The notes under the pieces were generated by a model that had not been told where the DNA came from, ran no database searches, and worked only from the letters and a program-made list of their open reading frames with translations. This document shows, piece after piece, positions 61,024-64,000 of a stretch of DNA of 64,000 bases. The stretch is from Crocinitomicaceae bacterium (GTDB lineage Bacteria; Bacteroidota; Bacteroidia; Flavobacteriales_D; Crocinitomicaceae): the NCBI GenBank assembly GCA_031409255.1, contig JANNWW010000074.1:18042-82041 (forward strand), given 5' to 3'. The stretch's first letter is position 1. Every line of letters begins with the position of its first letter. The translations under genes were made by a program, and so were the position numbers.

Positions 61024-62380
61024 TCAGTAAATTTTTTTGAATATTTTGCACATAATCTACTGCGAAATTAGAACAATTAGCTGCGGCAACTTTATTTTTA
61101 GCTATGTTTTTTAGTTTCGAAACATGAGCTAAGAATTCAAATGAATTATCAATGATTTGTACAAATGGATTTCCTTTTACAGATTCGCCTAAATACATTT
61201 TAGCTGCATTGTCAAAATTAAATAACACAACAGCTTTACCAATAGATAATGCTTCTATTGCTGTAGTTGAAAAAATGGTCAAATGCAGATCTGTTTTAGC
61301 AATACACTCGTAAATATTCTCTTTTTCGAACTCGAAATTTTCCGGAAAATCAAATTGTTGAAGATAATTTTCAATGGGTGTGCGACGTGTTTTAATTTTC
61401 CAGAGAAACTTTTTTGGGCTCAATTTGTCAACTTCTAAGATGAATTTCAATAACTCGATGCTCCAAAGCTCATCTTGAAGTGCAACAGATATGGATTTAA
61501 CTTCTACAACTTCAGATATGGATTTTTTTAGGTATAAATCCAATACATAACGTCCAACTGGGATAATTTTTTTTACAGGGAAAGAGGAAGAAACTTTAAA
61601 ATAGTCAACATCATTTTTGCCGAAAACGAGAATTGTATCAGGGAATTGAATCGGATTTTGTGTTTTTTCGAAGTGGTATCCATGATGCTGCGTTCCAATA
61701 AGTCCATGTTGTAGTTCAACGACTTTAATATTTTTTTCTTTTAAAGCAATGATATAACCGAAATTTGCATATGAAACGGTGTGAAACACAATTTTAGGAT
61801 TTGGAAATATTTTCAGTAATAAGCGCATCATTTTGTATTGCGACAGGTATTTTTTTAAAACTACTTGAGTATCAATTTTTACTTCTAATTCAGCTTCAAT
61901 TTGTTTTAAAACTTCATCGCCTTCCAATTCGATTTTTCTTAAAAACAGACGTTGATAGATTTCTTCTAAAATCAATAAGATGCTTTTCGCGACTAAGTAT
62001 TTCGATGACACTTGTGAGCGTTTGTAATAATTAAATACACGGTTTTCAATGACTAAGACTTTTAAATTTTGAATTTCCTCAAGTGGATCGAATAACTTGT
62101 CAAAATATTTGCCGTTAATTAAGGTACGTTCCGAACTATTGGTAAAAGCCCATGCGTCATATTTTCGAAACCAATTTCGAAACCCATAAAAAATAGAAGA
62201 AAGTTGTTTTAAAAGGATACCACTCGTCTTAGCTTGTAAGACTTCTTTGCCCATTAAAAATTTGTGAAAAATCCGACTTTTTATCCATGGATAAACATCA
62301 AATTCTTTTCCAAATTTTCGAACTTTCAACTTTTCAGTTGAGAAAGCTTCAATTTTCGCTATTCGTTCTGTTACGTTCAA
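61016..62380 (-). CDS. Soluble glycan-locus protein, candidate GT-B transferase
   Basis: VVELQHG, FG..D, TIFSTTAIEALSIGK pattern. Confidence 0.55.
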   Translation of the reverse strand: MNVTERIAKIEAFSTEKLKVRKFGKEFDVYPWIKSRIFHKFLMGKEVLQAKTSGILLKQLSSIFYGFRNWFRKYDAWAFTNSSERTLINGKYFDKLFDPLEEIQNLKVLVIENRVFNYYKRSQVSSKYLVAKSILLILEEIYQRLFLRKIELEGDEVLKQIEAELEVKIDTQVVLKKYLSQYKMMRLLLKIFPNPKIVFHTVSYANFGYIIALKEKNIKVVELQHGLIGTQHHGYHFEKTQNPIQFPDTILVFGKNDVDYFKVSSSFPVKKIIPVGRYVLDLYLKKSISEVVEVKSISVALQDELWSIELLKFILEVDKLSPKKFLWKIKTRRTPIENYLQQFDFPENFEFEKENIYECIAKTDLHLTIFSTTAIEALSIGKAVVLFNFDNAAKMYLGESVKGNPFVQIIDNSFEFLAHVSKLKNIAKNKVAAANCSNFAVDYVQNIQKNLLND

Positions 62381-63710
62381 AGGATAAACTGTTTTTTGTA
62401 CTGCAAATTAAGTAAATAAAATAGATGTCGAGTAATGAAATTCCCCATAGAATTCCATATTGCAACTGGGAGTATATGACAACACAGAGAATCAGTATAC
62501 TGTTTTTCCGTTTCCATTTAAATACAAATAGAAATAAAACCAAAATCGTTAAAATTAATCCATTCGTTGCGGCATATTGAATGAAACTGTTGTGCGCGTG
62601 TAAATAGTCAAAATGACCTTTTTTGTTATCAATTCGAAGCATTATTTTGGATGTGCGATTTCCTTTTATAGGATGATTGTAGATGTAACTTAGATAGTTC
62701 ATCCAGATAATTGTTCTTCCTGATGAATTGATATTTGCAGCTGCAGCGACTAATTTTTCTTTTATGAATTCTGGTAAAATCAGTTCGCCTGGTTCTTTGA
62801 TAGCAATCGTATTTAAATACGAACAACTATAAACTGGTGGTTTGCTTGAATTCTTCCAGGAATCTGGAACTTCAGTTACCTCTGTTTGATCTCCTTTAGT
62901 GAAACTATCTTTGAACTTTGGAATTTGTATACAAATAAACACAATTAACGCAATGCTTATATATTGAATAAAAAGAGGGTCTTTGAAGTTTATTTTTTTT
63001 GATATTAAAACAGCGACTAGACTTTTTATACTTGTGAAAAACACCAAAGCAAGAAAAACTAGTAGTATTGTTCTATTAAAAGTTATCGTTAGTCCAATAA
63101 GCAATAAAACACTTAAAATCAGATTAATTCTTAATCGGATTTTTAATTGAAACAAAAAGGTAAGTGCAATAAAAACGCGAAGTGCAAAGATGGGTGAATT
63201 ACTTGCTAAGCCATATACTCTAGATGTGTAAAATGAGTCGTGATTGAAGTCAGATATGATTAGCTCTTTGAAAAAGAATGTGCGAACGCTTAGGCAATAT
63301 TCAAGGATTCCAATTCCAATTTCAACAAGTACAAAAGCAATAAAGATTTTCTTTGTTTGTTCCGTGAAAAAGTTTTTTCCTATGATTAGTAAGAAGGGTA
63401 GAAGCATGAATGCGGAATAGTAATCACGCAGGCTGCATATAGTTATAGGTTGAGAAAATTTCAAAACAAAACCTATAATTAAAATAAGCAAAACTAGCCA
63501 AATTGAAATCAAATAATGTTGAGAAAATGGGTTTTTACGAAAATCAATTAAACTTGATTTTAGTTCAGTCTGTTTTAAATAAAGAACAATAGGAATTAAA
63601 AATAAATAGTGAAATTCATTGCCGAAAAAATAACCAGGTAGTAGTAGAAATACAACTTTAAGTAATTCGAATACGATACTTTTTTTAGTGCTAATTTGAA
63701 GTTGATTCAA
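62349..63710 (-). CDS. Wzy/O-antigen ligase-like membrane protein
   Basis: Many TMs; TFNRT, SGRTIIW, HAHNSFIQ. Confidence 0.7.
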   Translation of the reverse strand: MNQLQISTKKSIVFELLKVVFLLLPGYFFGNEFHYLFLIPIVLYLKQTELKSSLIDFRKNPFSQHYLISIWLVLLILIIGFVLKFSQPITICSLRDYYSAFMLLPFLLIIGKNFFTEQTKKIFIAFVLVEIGIGILEYCLSVRTFFFKELIISDFNHDSFYTSRVYGLASNSPIFALRVFIALTFLFQLKIRLRINLILSVLLLIGLTITFNRTILLVFLALVFFTSIKSLVAVLISKKINFKDPLFIQYISIALIVFICIQIPKFKDSFTKGDQTEVTEVPDSWKNSSKPPVYSCSYLNTIAIKEPGELILPEFIKEKLVAAAANINSSGRTIIWMNYLSYIYNHPIKGNRTSKIMLRIDNKKGHFDYLHAHNSFIQYAATNGLILTILVLFLFVFKWKRKNSILILCVVIYSQLQYGILWGISLLDIYFIYLICSTKNSLSFERNRTNSEN

Positions 63711-63729
63711 TTTATTTTTTTCTTTAAAG

Positions 63730-63999
63730 TTAATAGCTAGTTAGAATAGTTTGGTCGTGAACTCGAATAAATTTCCAATAGAGAAGTAAAGCAAACAGCG
63801 TAATTACAATCATACCAATTGAATAGATTGTCAAAATGTTTTCAAATTCAGCAACACTGTGGTTTAAAAAAACCAATTTTGGAATAAAATAAAATAGCAC
63901 TAATTGAAAAAGAGAAGAAAACAATCCGAGTAAAAATAAGGGAAATTGTTTCTTAAACGTTATGCCGACATAGCTTAGTGAAGAAACTACAAAATTTAT
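63730..63999 (-). CDS. C-terminus of a membrane protein, probably a second flippase (runs off the window)
   Basis: The frame is open to the window edge (INFVVSSLSYVGITFKKQFPLFLLG...); hydrophobic helices in a glycan cluster. Confidence 0.55.
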   Translation of the reverse strand: MNFVVSSLSYVGITFKKQFPLFLLGLFSSLFQLVLFYFIPKLVFLNHSVAEFENILTIYSIGMIVITLFALLLYWKFIRVHDQTILTSY

Positions 64000-64000
64000 A

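Noticed and set aside
1-64000. CRISPR array, rRNA, IS or transposase, anti-phage defence genes
   Set aside because: No regularly spaced DNA direct repeats or diagnostic motifs were found. The only tandem periodicity is the protein-coding propeller repeat.

Overview
AT-rich bacterial chromosome segment from a Bacteroidota organism. Evidence: TAnnTTTG promoters, four T9SS C-terminal-domain cargo genes, and the rpsU-xerC-hpf-tRNA-tuf gene order. It is probably Flavobacteriales, Crocinitomicaceae/Fluviicola-like (inference). 1-21.7 kb is mostly housekeeping: mtnA, DUF2851, PspC, RmlD-like, ComEA, apt, acyl-CoA dehydrogenase, rpsU, xerC, hpf, five tRNAs, tuf-secE-nusG-rplKAJL-rpoBC. 22-30 kb is accessory: a gingipain-like C25 protease, and a tightly coupled minus-strand six-gene cluster (GNAT, UbiA prenyltransferase, exported single-domain terpene-cyclase/prenyltransferase-repeat protein, lipoprotein, degenerate UbiA paralog, Cys-rich T9SS cargo). 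30-47 kb holds mixed housekeeping and envelope genes. 47.7-50.4 kb is a broken matrixin + 7-repeat beta-propeller T9SS gene. 50.5-64 kb is a legionaminic-acid-type nonulosonate pathway converging on a flippase/ligase glycan cluster. Top items for follow-up: the UbiA/cyclase-like operon; a 142-nt covarying structured element present twice (916 and 38734); an Asn-to-Lys change in the RpoC NADFDGD catalytic motif; the split metalloprotease-propeller gene; and a Leg cluster whose usual acetyltransferase is not seen in the window, with a DegT-like/FemAB-like pair in its place. No CRISPR array, prophage, rRNA or transposase was seen.
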